Position numbers and translations under genes: made by a program. Below are positions 51,281 to 64,000 of a stretch of DNA of 64,000 nt, piece after piece. Position 1 is the stretch's first letter; every line of letters begins with the position of its first letter. The stretch is from Bugula neritina (lineage: Eukaryota > Animalia > Bryozoa): the NCBI GenBank assembly GCA_964035545.1, contig OZ037771.1, positions 5,179,190-5,243,189 on the forward strand. Reading direction: 5' to 3'. The notes under the pieces are model-generated. The model made no database searches. It had not been told where the DNA came from and saw only the letters and a list, made by a program, of their open reading frames with translations.

Positions 51281-51795
51281 CATGGGTGCTCAACCTGTTT
51301 TGGGAAAAGGCCGTAAAAAAGCCTGTGCCACCAAAAAGGCCACTAGAAAATTCAGTGTCAATTTTACTGTCAAAACCCTCCATATAATTATATCATTAAT
51401 TAAAGCCTATTTTCAAATTTATATGTATTTATTTTGTTACGAAAAACAGATCCAGGAGAATAACTTGATTTGTTCATAAAAGTAAGCATTTTTTGTACAG
51501 TTTGATAACTTGGTTTAATATCCGATGCTGATATGTGAAGAATATCGCCCAAATAGGAGTCCGTTAGTCTCAATCTGAATTTACTTTTAGCATACCCCAT
51601 TCAAGAGAATAACTGTTCACATCAATATGTACTAGCAGCCATGATTCATATAGTAAACTTGGGAATTAGTGAAAAGCAAAATTTAGGAAGGATTGAAACT
51701 GAACTAAATTTTTATTTTACAAAGAGACCAAAAGGCCACATTTGCCAGCTCAAAAGGCCGCCAAAAGTCAGAAAGCCGCAGGTTGAGCATGGCTG
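51281..51795. mobile_element. hAT-type non-autonomous element (MITE)
   Basis: Imperfect TIRs CATGGGTGCTCAACCTG / CAGGTTGAGCATGGCTG; perfect 8-bp TSD GTGTAGAC (51273-51280, 51796-51803). Confidence 0.85.
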
Positions 51796-53565
51796 GTGTA
51801 GACCCATAATATATACACCCTTCACCCCTCTCCCTAATAAACATTGCCTTAATAATTAATAAGCATATTAAAAAAAAGTGAAAGAGTGTAGAATGATTCT
51901 ACATTCTTTCACTTTTGTCTATTTAACTGTTTCTGATTTCACACTGAAAACTTAGGTTTTACATGCTAAATAATACAAGAAAAATCTGTATGTAAAGCAA
52001 ATATTATTATTGTATCATAGTTATATAAATAATAAATTGGAAACTGGACTTATGAAGTCATATTTACATGCATTTTGTTCATATATCGGAACCAACATTA
52101 ATCAATTATAATAAACGTTACTGTAACATGTACACATATATAAAGGCACATGTAAAAATATATAGTAATGCACACATGTATATATTGTAAAGCACGCATA
52201 TTATCGCAATGCATGTAGATGTACCATATATGATAATTGGCATTCGGCTGTAAAAGAAGGCAATGCAGGGTATTTTCAATTTAAATATTGTTGTCTAATA
52301 AAGTACCCAACAGCCATAAGTCTTATGATATTGCTCTCAATGTCAAATGTGTGCCCAATGTAAAGGCCATTGCCTTTAACATGATTACAGGAAATTGTAG
52401 TAAATTGTGTTTGTTTATAAAAATCATCAATAAACTTTGAGTGTTTCCAGTGCTTCTGTCAATATTACACAATATGAGGTGTAAGCACAGTATGTTATGT
52501 TTGATTCTTTCAAATTAAAAACTATATAACTTTACGTTGCTTTTTAAGAGTTATGCTCCCTTTATGTGTTGCGCTTTTCATAAATAATTCAAGGTCACTT
52601 TCATAAATATTAAAGAACAATAAAACAAAAGCTTGGTGACACAAGAACATAACACAGTGCAACAGTATATGAACATATTGGTGTGATGCAGTAATTTTGA
52701 CTTGAGAGTTAAAGTTGTACAAAACCCTATCAATAAAATTTATGACAGTTTGTTTTAAATTAATGCAGCATTGAGTTATTGTCAACTATAAAGTTAAAGT
52801 ATTTATACCAACATAGATCAATATGAGTTATATTCAGCGCTTTTACATCCTCACATTAATCAAATAGCGAATAGTTAGTCTACTGCTTTCTTAGCATTGC
52901 ACTTTGGATGTTTATATTTTTGCTTTATGTTTTAAGCATAACCTTTGCCTTTTACTTTTATGCAAAAGAGCAAAATTCCAGAAACCTATTTACAAACAGT
53001 TTTATGTTTAGAAGACTGTCAAAAAAGTTCAAACCTACAGTGTGCTTTACCTACATGGAGATAAACACTTCCGTCGAAAGAAAACAAATTTGTGTAATAG
53101 TAAGAGATTCACTTAAACATATATATCACTTAAACCAATTCAACTCATACATCATAAGCAGAGCAGATAATTATTTTAACAGTTGCGATAAGCAGATATT
53201 GTATTTAAAAATAACTGCATGCCAGCAACAAACAATTGCCAAGCAAGTTTAAAAACTGCCAGTCTACACTAACCAACATCTACCAGGTTTTAATTGCTAC
53301 TTAATTTTTTTGATATGTGCGTCAACTTTTAGAAATACAATACAACACTGATAGGAGAATGAATATTTTATTGACTGGTACAGATAAATAATCTAATCCA
53401 CAAGCAAAGCTCTTTCTGCAGTCTATAATAACCAGCTTAGACAATTTGAAACTCTTACACATTTCTAAAAATCCTACTGATATTAGTTGAACAAGATATC
53501 CCTAGGATATTCAACTTCATCAAAACAATTCATAGTTGAGTGCAACTGTACTCTGGTCTCCCAGT

Positions 53566-63775
<10,210 letters not shown>

Positions 63776-64000
63776 CTAATATAAATATTGCTGTTTTTAC
63801 AGATTAAACAAACTCATAGTTATCATCATCTGAGTTAATGCTCTACACATTTTATTTGTTTGTTAATTTGTATGATGCACTACTGTTATACATATATACT
63901 CGTTCTTGATGGCTTTGCCTTTTTGCAATGGGCCCCATCATCATCTTTAAAATAATGTTTTTTTCTTGTTACACTTTCTTTTGATAATTATTGTCTTTTC

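Larger units (their letters stand above)
28179..51877. mobile_element. Outer ~190-bp palindromic foldback/MITE-like element, split by later insertions (pieces 28179-28206, 51191-51280, 51804-51877)
   Basis: Removing the Academ and hAT inserts leaves a near-perfect hairpin: ttttaataagcttattaattattaag|gcaatgtttattagggagagggg...ggtctacactatacattcta-g-tagaatgtaaagtgtagacc...cccctctccctaataaacattgccttaataattaataagc. Confidence 0.75.

Overview
AT-rich, intron-rich invertebrate (metazoan) genomic DNA in three parts. Left (1-26 kb): the 5' ~two-thirds of a neurobeachin/LRBA gene on the minus strand, running off the left edge. One of its introns holds an antisense 7-exon, divergent mab-21-like gene, which itself holds a tRNA-Ser(TGA) in intron 3. 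Right (53.5-64 kb): the 3' half of an ABCC5/MRP5-like transporter on the minus strand, with tRNA-derived SINEs in its introns. Middle (28.2-51.9 kb): a four-level transposon nest that can be reconstructed from target-site duplications (TSDs). A ~190-bp foldback element contains an Academ-like DNA transposon (TSD AAG). That contains a ~19.8-kb decayed Polinton/Maverick (TSD TAATAT/TAATAG), which contains a 5.2-kb Gypsy-like element (TSD ATAC). A hAT-type MITE sits in the same foldback. Most unusual: (i) the Gypsy-like element has a perfect TSD, tRNA-Leu PBS and PPT but two largely unrelated LTRs, an open pol frame lacking RT/RNase H and the integrase core, and a zinc-finger ORF in the env position; (ii) the Polinton has ~2.2-kb terminal inverted repeats containing the protease and half the capsid gene, spliceosomal introns in its DNA polymerase, and an in-frame penton-capsid fusion. 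All calls come from reading the sequence by eye; no searches were run.
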